A stretch of DNA of 63,502 nucleotides, the filler included, from Pelomyxa schiedti (Eukaryota > Protista > Evosea): the NCBI GenBank assembly GCA_020536535.1. It is 5 parts of 5 records of this genome, joined end to end, with 100 filler letters (N's around TTAATTAATTAA, not from the genome) between each part and the next. Parts side by side here need not be neighbours in the genome. Positions count along the whole stretch, not along the records: positions 1 to 21,164 come from JAHLWZ010000374.1; positions 21,265 to 29,780 come from JAHLWZ010001316.1; 3 more parts are not named here. One strand, 5' to 3'. The notes under the pieces are model-generated. The model did no database searches. It had not been told where the DNA came from and saw only the letters and a list, made by a program, of their open reading frames with translations. The first letter of the stretch is position 1. Every line of letters starts with the position of its first letter. The position numbers were made by a program, and so were the translations under genes. Positions 13,301-25,499 of this stretch are shown in pieces.

Positions 13301-16300
13301 TATGTGCAATTCCAGATAGCAGAAATGTGCCGGGAATTCCGGAGGTGGATTCCAGACCCAGTCGATACTGATAAAAGGGAAAGCTGGCTGGCCTTGTCAC
13401 TACTGGCACCTTTTCAAGATAACATTGGTGAAGTCTTGGTGCCGACTTCTCCAGAAAGGGGAGTCTCCTTGGCTATCTCAAAGAACCGGGCCCTCATTCA
13501 TCCAATGTCTTGCTTCCTGCAAAGAAGCAGGAGAAATCTCTCTCAGTATTTCGTGGCTTTGTCGGTACACCAAGAAAAAGGCCTTGTTGTTTCCGCTTTG
13601 CATCCAGTTTCCATGGAACAACTTTCTGAAGTCCTTGGAAACAGATGGTCCGTGGAACATGATTTCCCATTGAGGATGGCCCCTGTTCTTGAAAGGCCTG
13701 GCATGAGCTACACAACATTCCACCACTATGAGAAGGAACTTCGGGAATCAAACTCAATGACTGCCGTTTACAATAACGAGACCTGTTGTATCCAAGTATT
13801 CTCCAGCCGTGGGGATGCAGCCATTGCAAAACAACAAGCAAATGAGGCTCTTAACAAAATCATAGAAAAGCTACTCCACACCGATATTTCTGTAGCTGTA
13901 TGCTCTGCCAGTGCCATTGCAACATTTTCTGCCGGTTTGAGTGTTGTGCAATCAAAAGTAGCTGGGCACAGATGTTGCTTCACGAGGCTACCATTTAGCA
14001 CCACTGATGAGTTCAAAGGTTGGCTGGACACCGTTGTTGCCCATGAAAGTGATGTTGTCCATGCCAAATACACTGTGCAGTCTAGAAAAGCCCAGGTGAT
14101 CTTCTCCTCTGCTGAAGCACTCGAAACCACATGCGCCAGTGTTCGTAAATGGCAAAAGGGAAAGCGGAATAGTGATGGAGAAGGGTCTAGCTCTGGGGAT
14201 GAAGACTGTGTGGAGACAAGTTCATCCATGGAAGAGGAAGTGGGGAAGGAGTTATCCCTGAAATTCAATAGACTTGTAGCCTCCAAAGAAGAGATTGCAC
14301 AAATTTGTGAAATCTCCGAGTGCAAGCTGGCGGAGGCTGTGTGCTTGGCAGCAGATTGCACTGTTTTGATAAAACACCTTCCAGGAGGAACAACAGAAGA
14401 GAGCCTTAAAACTATGCTACAGGACATGGACGTGAGTGTGAGGATCAAAACCCACACAAACAATGTTTGGGCCTGGTTGCAGTTCCGTTCCTTAAATTCC
14501 TATAATCGCGCAAAGCCAGTTCTTCAATCCCTTGGGACCTGGCCGAGAGTTCAGATTCAACCACCTGAGAGCTGGTGCAGGTGGAGGATCAGGCTTGACA
14601 CTATGACAGCAGCAGATGTACTGTTTGGAGCAGTCAAAGGCAGGTCTCCATCTTGTTTGACCAACTGCCAGGGATGCTCACGGGTTGAAGTATTTGAGCC
14701 CGACACATATCCTTTGAAGGATATGTGTTCTGCCATCAGTGGTAAATTGCGTGGTGAAGTCGAGTGGAATTTAAAGCCCTGGAGAAAGTCAATGGTTGTG
14801 CGGTTTTCTGGTTCTCCAGGAAACTGTGCTCAAGCATCACGCTTCTTATCTGCGGCAACACAACCTATAGTCATCAAAGCCCACCCAGTGAAGAACCCTC
14901 TGCAATTTGAATTACTTAAAGAGCTAACAGAATCTGGTAAACTACAGGAGTGGGCAAAAGCCTTGGGCCTCAAAATTGCAAAGCAAAGGCGCACTCCAAG
15001 ATATAGAAGGAAAGGGCGCCATTCCCGTACAGATGAGTTCGCGGACACAAACTGTGTTATTTACGGAAATCAGGTCCAACAAGGTCAGTTCATGTATCAG
15101 CTGGGAGAATACTGTGATGAATTTCGCACCCGCTTTCTCTGCGTGAGAGTAAATACAATCGACCTTCCCCTGTTTAAAGAGGGGAAAGCCGGAGACTCAT
15201 TTCTATGCAGTCTCAAGAAAGAGTTTGAAGGAACTTGCCGGGTCTCTTTCCTGTACATCAAGGCTACTTTCGTTTTATGTGCAAACACCTCCAGCGTTCT
15301 AACAGCATGCCATAAAGCACTTCAAACTGGCCTTGCTGCAATGGGTGTACAGCACTTGATGAATCCATGTGTAAAATGCTCTAACCTGAGTGATATTCAG
15401 CTTTCCCTGTGCGGGCACTTCATGTGCGTGCAATGCTTTGAGAAGGAGGCAACTTCAAGTTCTTTCCCTGTTAAATGCAGCTCCTGCAACCTTCCGATTT
15501 GTTTAGATGACCTTCAGAATAACCTGGACAAAACCACCTTTGTGAATTTGTGCCAGTCTTCCTTCATGGAAAGTATACAACATAGCCGTGATATTGTACG
15601 GTGTCCAAACAGCGGCTGCAGAGGAATTCTGTCAAGCAACACCTATTCTTTATGTGGTGTTTGTAACACCTGGGCATGTGGCTCTTGCAAGGCAGTCAAT
15701 GACCCACACCATCTAAGGTCTTCTTGTGCTATGTACCAGGAACTACTCAAAGATATCGTTCCCTGTATAAGTCCAGGCTGCAAAGGGACCCTTTACAAAA
15801 GCAAAATGTACCAGTTGTGTGGTGGTTGCAAAAAATCAATTTGTGCGAACTGCAAGGTGTCGGATCAGGAGCTTCACATCAAGCGCTCATGCACAGAGTT
15901 TGTTCTAGCACTTTGTTCATTTTCGAAGTGCCCTGCTGGATGTGGAATGTACCTGAAAAAATCGGATCAGTACCAATGCTGCACCAAGTGTGGAAAATAT
16001 GTTTGCCCTTCCTGTTGCATCGTCAATGACCCTCTTCATGCTTCGAGAGGGTGCAATGCCTACCGGGAAGCCAAGTTGAACTTTGTTTCTTGTTCGGCTA
16101 ACTGTCCTGGATTACTTGAAAAAACTGCAGGATACCAAACATGCAAAGCTTGTGGACGTGAAGTCTGCCCTGATTGCAAAGTGTGCAATGAGCCAATGCA
16201 CAAGGGTAGAGCATGCCAGGAAACAAAACAACTTATCTCAAACGGGTGCTGCCTCTGTCCCCAGAGTGGTTGCACTGGTATTTTATATCCAGTGGGACCA

Positions 16301-17668
16301 AAGCAGTGTGCAGTCTGCCGTAAGTTTGTGTGCCCCACTTGCAAGTCTATTGAAATTACCGGAATCCATATGGGCTGCAGCTGTGCGGAGCTTGCACAAA
16401 GAAAATCAGAGTCGGCTATTGTGGAGCTGCTCTATTCCAGGGCTGAGAAGTGGGCGATAGAGCAGTGGTGTCCTACTCCTCCTGCAATAACCAACGTGGT
16501 ACGAAATCCAGGAGTAGAAACCAACTGCCCCGCCTTTCAACTCTTCCGGAAAGCAATTGCTCTGAACGACTGTGATAACAGCTGCTTCTTTGCTTGGCAC
16601 GGGACTCCTTCAGAAGAGGGAGTTGTCGGAATATCTCACTTTGGGTGGGATCCCCAACGCAGGAGGGGTCAAGCCTATGGGCCAGGAGAATACTTTGGAA
16701 TCACCAGTGCTGTGTCCCTTGGGTACTGTGGCAATGTGAAACGAATGATCGTGGCTTTGATAAGCAGGGCGCGTTCCACCACCGTTCAAGGGTTTTGTTA
16801 TGTTGTAAACAACCCTGTGGATAAGTCCTCCAGTTATTGTCTTCCTGTGCTCACTGTATCCTTTGGTGACGAAAGGAGCACACCCCGCTTCATCAGCGTA
16901 TCATCACCGCAAGGCATCTTATTGAATAATGGGCACTCAGTGAACCAGGAATGGGTGTCACCCTTCCGGTGGTTCTGGAAGACAGATAGTAACGAGTTTG
17001 AACCCTACCGCAATGAAGTCAGTGCAGTTTTGGAGGAGTTATATGACGCCTATAGCTGTGGCGGACCTGCAGTTGTCATGACACGGCCAATAATGCGGTA
17101 TGTTGATGACAGGCCCCAGGAGTACCGCATTGATTTCTTGTCCATGAAGCAGACCAATCCAGCAACAGGTTAACGCCCTAACATTACTACATCATTAAAT
17201 TGCAAGAACCGGAAACCACATAATCTAAATTATAAATACTAAAATACTAAAACTAAAAACTGTACTTATTATAAAGACTGCAATTTCCTTTCTTCACACA
17301 TTGCGACCCCCAGCAATATAACACACATCTAATTAACCAGAAACTCTAATCGGCCGAAAACTCACAAAACAACAGGTTACATCCGGCCGATTTGCCGGCG
17401 ACCACAGCCGATTGCGGCTGGCTCCAGAACCACGTGGCAGTACCTCTCCGACCAAGGATTATGGGTTCCATATGACCCGATTGTTCAAGGCACCATCGAA
17501 GCCGCGTTTCAGGTGTATTCCTCGTCCATAAGTTCCGGTCCTGCATCATCAGCACCCGGGACACTGAGGATACACCCGCCGGGCCCCTGGGAATATTCCA
17601 TCAGCTTCATCACCGGCATGCAGACAAATCTCTCAAACAACCAGACAAGGCCAATAAGGAGGAGTTAA
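10302..17668 (+). CDS. Giant fusion: RGG N-terminus - degenerate DEAH helicase/HA2/OB - RRM-like x2 - RING - 5x IBR-like - PARP-like ART - tandem WWE
   Basis: ORFs 10161, 10622, 11244, 11797 and 12335-17173 join by GT-AG introns. Motifs: GAGKSTQIPQ, VDEAQQR, LVFLPG, VIDSG; CxxC..CGH..CxxC..CxxC; five CxxxxC..CxxC..CxxC..H..C repeats; AWHGT..YGPGEYFG..SLGY; WFWKTD..F.PY. An extra exon 17376-17668 gives a second WWE domain. Confidence 0.88.
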
Positions 17669-17827
17669 ACCACATCATCCGTTTAATACCTGTATCACCA
17701 TCACCAAAAGTGGGGAAAAAAAAAATTAATTCTATTCTTTCTTTGAATTCACCTTTTGTCTTACAGTACAAACGTGTCTGTCACGTCTGAGACACAACTC
17801 ACACCAAACATCAAGGAGATCCTCACA

Positions 17828-20800
17828 ATGACCTCCGACAAGGTGACGAAAGCAAGGCCAATCCGACCGGACAGTCAAATCGGTGCATCACGTCCCCCAG
17901 CCAGAAAGCATTTCCTCTCTGCTGATTATTTGCTCACCAGCCAGCTAACCGAAGATGATGACGCATCAACAACAGACACAGACCGCGGCGCGGTGCTCAA
18001 GCCCACGTCCTCCTCGTTCTCCTCTTCCTCCTCCTCCTGTTCTTCTTCATGGCGGCGGTGGTAGTGCCACGAGGCCAACCACCATCGACTGCTTTGTCGT
18101 TGGGGAGTCTTCCTCCGACACGTATCTCCTCGACTTGCTTCACAAATACAACAGCAACAAGACCGGTGGCGAAATGGCCAAAGTCAGTCAAACCAGTCTG
18201 GACGGTGAGGAGGCCTCCTCATCCTCTGCGGCAGCAGCAGCAGCAGTTGTCCTGACGGACCTCACAATCACATCCCGGATCTACATGAAAAGCGATGGTG
18301 ATTGTAATTGTGATTGTGATTGCTCTTGCTTTTCTGCTGGACCTGCTGGCCGTGGTGGTGACATTGATGTTGTTTTTCACAGGAAGGGCAGTGAGGAGAT
18401 GAGACCTGAGTGTGTGCAAAAGGAAGGTTCGGTGGTTTTGGCAATGATGCCATTTGGGGACCACCAGTACAAGGAGGAGAACGAGGTGACAAAGAAAGCC
18501 TACATGAGCGATCTGTTGCTTGATTCTTGTGGGTCACGTCCTCTGAGCGGTGATGGGTCACTTATCCTGGTAAACTTTGGTGAAAAGCAGCCTGTTTTCA
18601 CACATATGGTGCCCAAGGGCAGCAACCCGCTGGATTATACCATGCTGGGCATTGCAATTGGGGTATGCATTATTGCTCTGTTCAAAAATATAGTAACTAA
18701 TGCAAAATTATTTAAAACCCAGATGAGAGCCGGGCATCTGTTCAAGAGTAATAGAGAGCCTGATAAGGAAACAATAAAAAATCTGATACATGCAATTGTT
18801 CATACTTCTCAGACTTCTTATCGTAATGGCCAAGGTTGCTCCCTCCAATTCCATTGGCATTCATTTTTTCTTACTGTTACTTCCAACACTGCAGGGTCCT
18901 TTCACAAGAAGAAGTGCCGAAGAACGTGTTTGTCATCTTGTTTCCTGGAGGCACTATCATTTCCAAAGGAAGGACTGATTGGAGTCACAAAGATGAGCTG
19001 CCTACACCTCCGACCGTTAGTTCGCTTAGTATTATCATCATACAATTTGAAGTCTGCTACTGTATTTGAAAGCTTGTTGCCACTCTGGTTTCAAGCTGAG
19101 AACTGGCCTGCTGTGGATGAGCTTGTTTTATCAAACTTCTTTCTTGAGTCAGAACTGCAAGTGCCACTTCACTCAAGGTTTGTGCCACAACTGGAAGGGA
19201 TTCATTGTCGTGGTGTTGTGCTACACTCTAAAGAAGTTCAGAGCCATGGAATTCCAGAGTGGCTCCTACGTCCAAGGGTTGGGGGAATGAGGTTCCACCC
19301 AGAACAACCAACCTACCTCCCAAAATCCAGCAATTCACCAGATTGGTCATTCCTCAAACTCTTCCTGTCGTTTGGTGATGAGGTAATCACTGAAGAGGCA
19401 CCCAACAGAATTGTTTTTGTTATGCTTGGGGGCCCTTCCCCAGAAAAAGTGGCACTGCTGAAATGCCTGATGGAGAACAAAGTCAAAGCGACTGTGAAGA
19501 TCTCCACCACCAAAGCTCCCCCAGTTATCCAAGTGCACAAAGCCTTCAAGCTGTGGAACACATCCAAACCTCCACTTTCTGACCTGTGCTCAGCATGGGA
19601 AATAGGTCTGTATTTGATTCTGTCTAATTTTTGGATAATCGAAAAAACAAGGTGGAGGGGACACAGAAAATGAGTGGAACCCATTTAATCCATGTTTCTT
19701 TTTCAGTGACTCAGTCTTCATGCTTGCTTTTGATCCATCATCACAAACACAGATTTCTAACTTGGATTTCTGGATAAACGAAATCAGTTCACGCCACAGA
19801 AACAAGATGAATCCTCTGTGTTATCGTCCACACTCTCACAAACCCCAAGTGCTCCTAGTTGGAACTAGGACAAAGTACTTTGACGGGAAGCTTTTCAGGA
19901 CCATCAAGTCTCGGTGGGAAAGCAGAATTAACATCCTTGGCTATTTTATCCTTGACCCAGAAACTGGGTTTGGGATTTCATGGCACCCACACAACTTAAC
20001 CCCCTCCAAGCACAAGTCAATCATTCCGTCCATTGCAGGGGCAATACAAAGTACCCACAAAGCCAAATACAACATCCCACAAACCTGGGCCAGATTTCGT
20101 GCTCATTTGGGTACTGTCAAAGCAAGTGCAGTGAAGTGGTCACAGCTTGCTAGAATTGCACATGACTGTGGGGTGGGAAGATGCGCGCGAAAGGTGAGCC
20201 AAGCAGCTGAGGAGGAGGAAATGAGGCTGTGCTTTGACTGGCTCTCTGACATTGGTGCCCTTTTTCACTTGAGGCACAATGCTGCTTCTCAAAGAATGGA
20301 AGATGACATTGTTGCCTTGGATCCATCCTGGTTCAATGACACCAATAAGTTGCTGCCTGTCGAGATACATCTAATTCCCTCTGATGCAAGTGAGTCACCA
20401 TTGGAATCCCTGCAGCGATACACAATTAAACACCTGCACGATCATCACATCGGCACTGATATGACCAGTGTCCTTTTGCAAGTGGGAGTGCTGGTGAACA
20501 GCATCAACAACCAGCCACACTTCTCGTTCTCCAAGCTTCCTTCAGTCTCCTCCCACTCCTCTCTTGTTGATAAGTTCTGCAAGCTATGTGGTGATGACAC
20601 CAATGCCTCTGGGTGTCTCCTCTGCCTTAAGCTCCTTCCCATTGAATCATTCTCCAAGGTTATGTGCCATCTGAGCAAAATGCCAGGTGTTCACCCAATT
20701 CAAATCAGAAGAGATGGTATACTGGTCTCAAAAACTCAATACCAGAGGGGTGATACAGGTCCTGTTGCTGTTGATGGAGCTGGTGAAACTCACCTTATGA

Positions 20801-21164
20801 TGATTCGTACTGTGGATCCAAGACACGAACAAAACACACTCGTTTTGGTGGTAATGGGAGCAGAAAGGATTCAGAGGAGTAGAAACCTGAGGCGAGGGGA
20901 TAATTTACTAGCTGTTGCAACAAATTGTTTCCTTGGAAGTCCAGATTCAACATGTGAATTCTTTATCGATTCCTTATCCATTTGCACCAGCTGCCTGTCA
21001 CAATACTTGCATATGAATAGGTCTCACTCAGAAGGTAATGAAAGTGAGACAAACAAACTATTGCAGACAATGGTGGCTGTACATGGTGGTTACTCTCAGG
21101 ACATTGCCATGGACAAGTGCAGTAAAGCTGCCAAGGCAGAGATTGGCTACTCTGACTGCTTCTA
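17828..21164 (+). CDS. Roc-COR (ROCO-like) protein with degenerate GTPase motifs; 3' end truncated at scaffold end
   Basis: Roc-like IVFVMLGGPSPEKVALLKCL, WEIG/GG, FFFSDSVFMLAFD...LDFWINEI...VLLVGT. COR-like IPQTW..F...VKWSQL..IA..CG...CFDWLSDIGALFH...VALDPSWF. The start is either ATG 17955 or ATG 17828 with intron 17843-17954. Confidence 0.72.
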
Positions 21165-21264
21165 NNNNNNNNNNNNNNNNNNNNNNNNNNNNNNNNNNNN
21201 NNNNNNNNTTAATTAATTAANNNNNNNNNNNNNNNNNNNNNNNNNNNNNNNNNNNNNNNNNNNN
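21165..21264. other. Artificial contig-join spacer N44-TTAATTAATTAA-N44
   Basis: Six-frame-stop linker at 21209-21220 centred in exactly 100 positions. Confidence 0.95.
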
Positions 21265-21900
21265 GGGGGATCCATCACTGAACAGGACAGCACATCTATT
21301 TTCAAAGCAGTGTGTTCAGTTGAGCCTTCTGAGATTGAAAAGTTCTTGGCACGCTGGCCAGGCTTAATTGAGAGCATTTTTACCTCTGTGGCAGATCAGG
21401 AGATTGAAACTGGCTCTGTGTTAGACAGATTTCAAAGAGAGGTTTGCAGGACTCAACCACACTCACACTAAACCTGTGGAAGCTCTGTTTAATTTGGAGG
21501 ATTTTATACGAGAAAAAGCTCCTCAGATGTCTCAGCTCACTAACAATGTAAAGATGGTACAAAAAGTGAACTCTATCGAAAAACTCTGGGTACCAGCAAC
21601 ATATATTGCCATTGATGATGATCTCTGGGGGTGGTTTGTATGTTCTCTTGGTTACAACTTGTAATTTAACTTCTGCAGGGCCATTAAAGTAAAGAATAAC
21701 AAAAAAGCTGATAAGTGTGGCATTCTCTCTCTGGGAAGATGGTTGATCAAGAAGGTTACTGTTTGAAGATCATTGTTGGTTGGTTGCTTCGTCAAAACAT
21801 GCTGTCCTCTGCTGCTACTATTGAGAAAGACTCTGATCTTCCTGGGAAGAATTTATCTTCTGTATGTTCATTTTTTAAACTCTGTTGAATGTCATTCACA
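21265..21900 (+). CDS. Unassigned probable coding exons (fragment at scaffold start)
   Basis: Open protein-like frames (IFKAVCSVEPSEIEKFLARWPGLIES...; ALFNLEDFIREKAPQMSQL...) are separated by GT..AG segments. No family recognised. Confidence 0.3.
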
Positions 21901-22650
21901 TTGTAGACAATGATGCCAATGTTTTTGACCACATTACACACCAACCACCCACAAGGAAGTGGACTGTACAGTTGAGGTTACAACACACAACACAGCCGAC
22001 TTGTCACTCATGCAACAGTTTAATGAGGTGGCTGAAGGAGATGATGATGTGAACAATTGGTCCACCCCTTCCTCTGGGGCTATTTCGTCGTATGGGTCCC
22101 TAAGTTTCAACAGCATAGGGGGAATCGCCTGTGCAGTGTCGGCCTGTTCTGCACTTCTCATTCTTTCCTCCTCTACTGTGACTGGCCACGCTACCGCGAC
22201 GAGCTGCCCAGCCCTCACCACCAGTGTGGCCGATCCTTTGTTGAGCAGGCCCACGGTCGCCACTCACAGGTCGTCGTAGGTTGTTCACCAGCACCACTTC
22301 CAAGAGTGACTCCACCCTTCTGACAACGATCCACAGCATTTGTGTCAGTTTTGGGTTCTGGCTTCTTTCTCTATTTTCAAAAGAATGAAGTGAGTGGGTT
22401 CATGCCGTCCAATGATTACATTGAAGCAGGTCACCGAAGTGGTATCCATGCCTCAAAATGGTCTGTGTCGGATGAAGTAGGTTGTGGGAACATGGTGCAA
22501 CCGATGGTGGTGCTGTGGGAGTGACTCTGGCTCACCACAACAATTCCTTTTACACTCTATGATGCTGACTCTCTTTCTAAGTCAGTGTTGTGACTTGGCC
22601 CTTACTCTATGTGGTACAACGTGCATTTACCCATCAGACACACTACTGCC

Positions 22651-22692
22651 CCACCAAAAAAGCAACAGTAGTTGCTGTTGCTTTTTTGGTGG
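22651..22692. repeat. Perfect 18-bp inverted repeat (hairpin)
   Basis: CCACCAAAAAAGCAACAG-tagttg-CTGTTGCTTTTTTGGTGG. Confidence 0.9.
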
Positions 22693-23072
22693 TTGCCTCC
22701 TTTTCTTCTTTTTTATAGCAAACAAATCTGGTCATACGGAATCGTGAGGCCTTCTGAGAAAACACACAAACTTAGGAAACTTGTTGGATCTCCCTGGGGC
22801 TTTTCTCCATGAAGTTTGTATCACAGAGAAAGAGAGACTCAGGTAGAAGTTGCTGGCTCAACATCGGAGGTGGACTTAGGATGGGTACCTCAGCCGTTGA
22901 TGCTACTTGTGGTTTCTTTTCTGACCTTGTTGTAAGAATAATGTGCTTCGTCTGTAGTGCTGCTGCTTGTTGTTTTCACGTCAGCTAGTGCTGCTGGACT
23001 GGTGTGGGACAAGAATTGTTGGGTGGAGTTGAGGCTTCCTTTTTTGAAAAGCAAAAAACTACGATTTTCTTT

Positions 23073-23414
23073 TGGCAAATTACTATCACATTAGAGGACA
23101 GTTCTTATGAACGCACTCCTCTTGGAAGAACAGCAAGGAGTGAGAACAGGCGAATGGGTAACACCAAGTTATCAATTTGTGTGGTCAGTGCCTNNNNNNN
23201 NNNNNNNNNNNNNNNNNNNNNNNNNNNNNNNNNNNNNNNNNNNNNNNNNNNNNNNNNNNNNNNNNNNNNNNNNNNNNNNNNNNNNNNNNNNNNTGGCAAA
23301 TTACTATCACATTAGAGGACAGTTCTTATGAACGCACTCCTCTTGGAAGAACAGCAAGGAGTGAGAACAGGCGAATGGGTAACACCAAGTTATCAATTTG
23401 TGTGGTCAGTGCCT
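23073..23414. repeat. 121-bp exact duplication flanking a 100-N gap (assembly overlap)
   Basis: 23073-23193 is identical to 23294-23414; it duplicates the DOLK 3' end. Confidence 0.9.
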
Positions 23415-25499
23415 CAGCCAGCATGCTCAAGAATGTTGCTGCCACAACAGCCAAAGCCCACAGCCACCTACCACCAACAACAAACGAATCAGCCAAGCCA
23501 CCTTCTTCCTCCCAACTGGTACTGCCACCACCCCCACCACACCAGAACATGAACACAACACCACAGCAGGCCACTAGCACCGCAAAGCAGGCAGCCAAAG
23601 TGCCCTCCACAGTCTTCACAGTCCCGGGCCATCTGTGCTGGCCGAACCGGCGTCCAATCACAGAGGCAGTGGCATCACCCACACCAATGGTCAGAATTCC
23701 AGAATACTGGGCGAGGAAGTGGGGTGGTTTTGCTGGAGTCAGTGAGGCCAGCCACACAGGTGTGACCAGTCCAGCAAGGAGGTACACGTGGGTAAGTACG
23801 GCAACTCCGGAATCGTGCCGCTCACTTGCTAGTGAGGACATGAATGCAGTGCAGGCCTGGGCAAGTGGAGACACTGCAGCGTACCGCATAAGCTCCACCA
23901 GTAGCATGAGAAATAGAGCGGCGCCAGCGCACAGCCGGAGGAGGTTGGTGTCCATGTAGATAGCTGGAACAAACATGAGAACGGCCGCTAGGTGGAACAC
24001 TTTCCGTAGGGTGTCATTTTCGTCAGCCTCGGAACTGGTGGGAAGTTGATGGCTCTGTCCTTCTGTTTTTGCGATGTGGTGAAAGTTGATTTTGGTGGTA
24101 TGTGAAGTGGGTGGTGGAACTGCATCCATCATGAACATTACAACTAACACTGTCCCAATTACTGCAGCCAGCCAGTAAATACACATTAGCCACCGGGATG
24201 TTTTGCTGAACATAAATGCCAGGAGCCATGGTAGAACTCTTACACTTCTCACAGAATTCACCCAAAGCAATCCACAGCCGGTACAACAGCACACTATCAT
24301 GCCTATAAGTGAAGCGTATAGCCAGAATCTCCAGGTTGCCCTCAGGTGTACAGGTGTGCATCGCAGTTTGTGAGCAAGAGGTGCACACAGCAACAGCGTA
24401 GCAGAGCCAAATACACTAGTTGCAATCAACGTGGCGGAAACATCTGAATCAATTATTGAAACGGCAGCTCTGCTACCAACTAGTACAACTCCTCCAAAAT
24501 GGAAAATGGTAGCAGCAATAAAATCCCAAAGGGTCAAAGACATACATTGCACAACAATGACCATTTCGGTAAAAGAAAATGTTCTGGGGAGCCACCATCG
24601 CAGACAATGGCATATGGATATGAATACTGTGTGGCAGAATAGCACGGAAATTATAAAATGCGTCGATACCGTTGGTGCTGGGCAGTACACACACACAAAG
24701 TAAGTGCCAAATGCAGCAGATGCAGCACTCGAAACAACAGAAAGTAGAAATGACATCACCCAGTGCAATTGCACTCCGCCTTTTGAATCCTTGTGACCTC
24801 CAACGTGACAGTTGTCACTCCCAAGTAGCAATGGGAACAGTATAGACAAAATTGCTGTGATGCCAAAGCCCATGCACAGCCAGAGATGCACACGAAGTGA
24901 GTCTGCAAGCACACTGGATGTGCCATAAGTGTGCTGTGGAGGACACAGCGATGTTAACTGAGCAAACAGTGAAAGAGGCAAAATGCCACTCGTCAAAGTC
25001 AACCCCAGGTCCACGTTTCTGGTTATTGTTTTTTGGGGAATAGTGTTATTTTTGCCTATTCACACAATGACCTCGCGTTTCTAATAATAGGAACCGTTCT
25101 TTAGTAGTTGAAATTGCATTAATAATTGCAGCAATTACCGACAGAGTTACAATCGACGCACCTCAGTCCGCGCAGAGTCGTCGATGCCTTGATTGACGAG
25201 ACCAACCGAGCGAGGACGTACGACGCCACGACTGTGCCCATCAGAGCCATAGCGTCTGTCGTAATCGGGTCGTACACGTAGTGCTCGTAGTGGTGAGGAG
25301 GAGGAGAATATGTAACGGGGGAGGAGAGGTCGCGGGTTCCACTCCCGCGGTACCCGAGCGTGGTTTTCTGAGTTGCAGATGTGGAGGGGTGGGTGTTTGT
25401 GTTGCTGGTGGTGGTGTTGTTGTGTGTTCCTAGTAGGACTACCCACAGGACCTCGATGAGGAACAGGAGTTCCTCGATGGCGTGGCGGCCAACATGCAT
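23326..25499 (-). CDS. DOLK: Dolichol kinase
   Basis: Multi-TM ORF with RKVFHL, HVYLLAG..TPVW, GILTIGVGDATASVIGRRFG..RWPGT.KTVEGT and EALTTQIDNLVLP. The first exon (ATG 25499) splices into ORF 23326-25014. Confidence 0.92.

Noticed and set aside
17664-17955. Splice fusion of the helicase-ART-WWE gene to the Roc-COR gene via acceptor 17766
   Set aside because: The GT at 17664 is phase 1 and leads to a stop at 17829-17831; the open frame needs phase 2. At most this is an alternative short last exon.
21934-23078. Several 60-110 aa ORFs on both strands
   Set aside because: No recognisable motifs and no consistent splice model; left unannotated.
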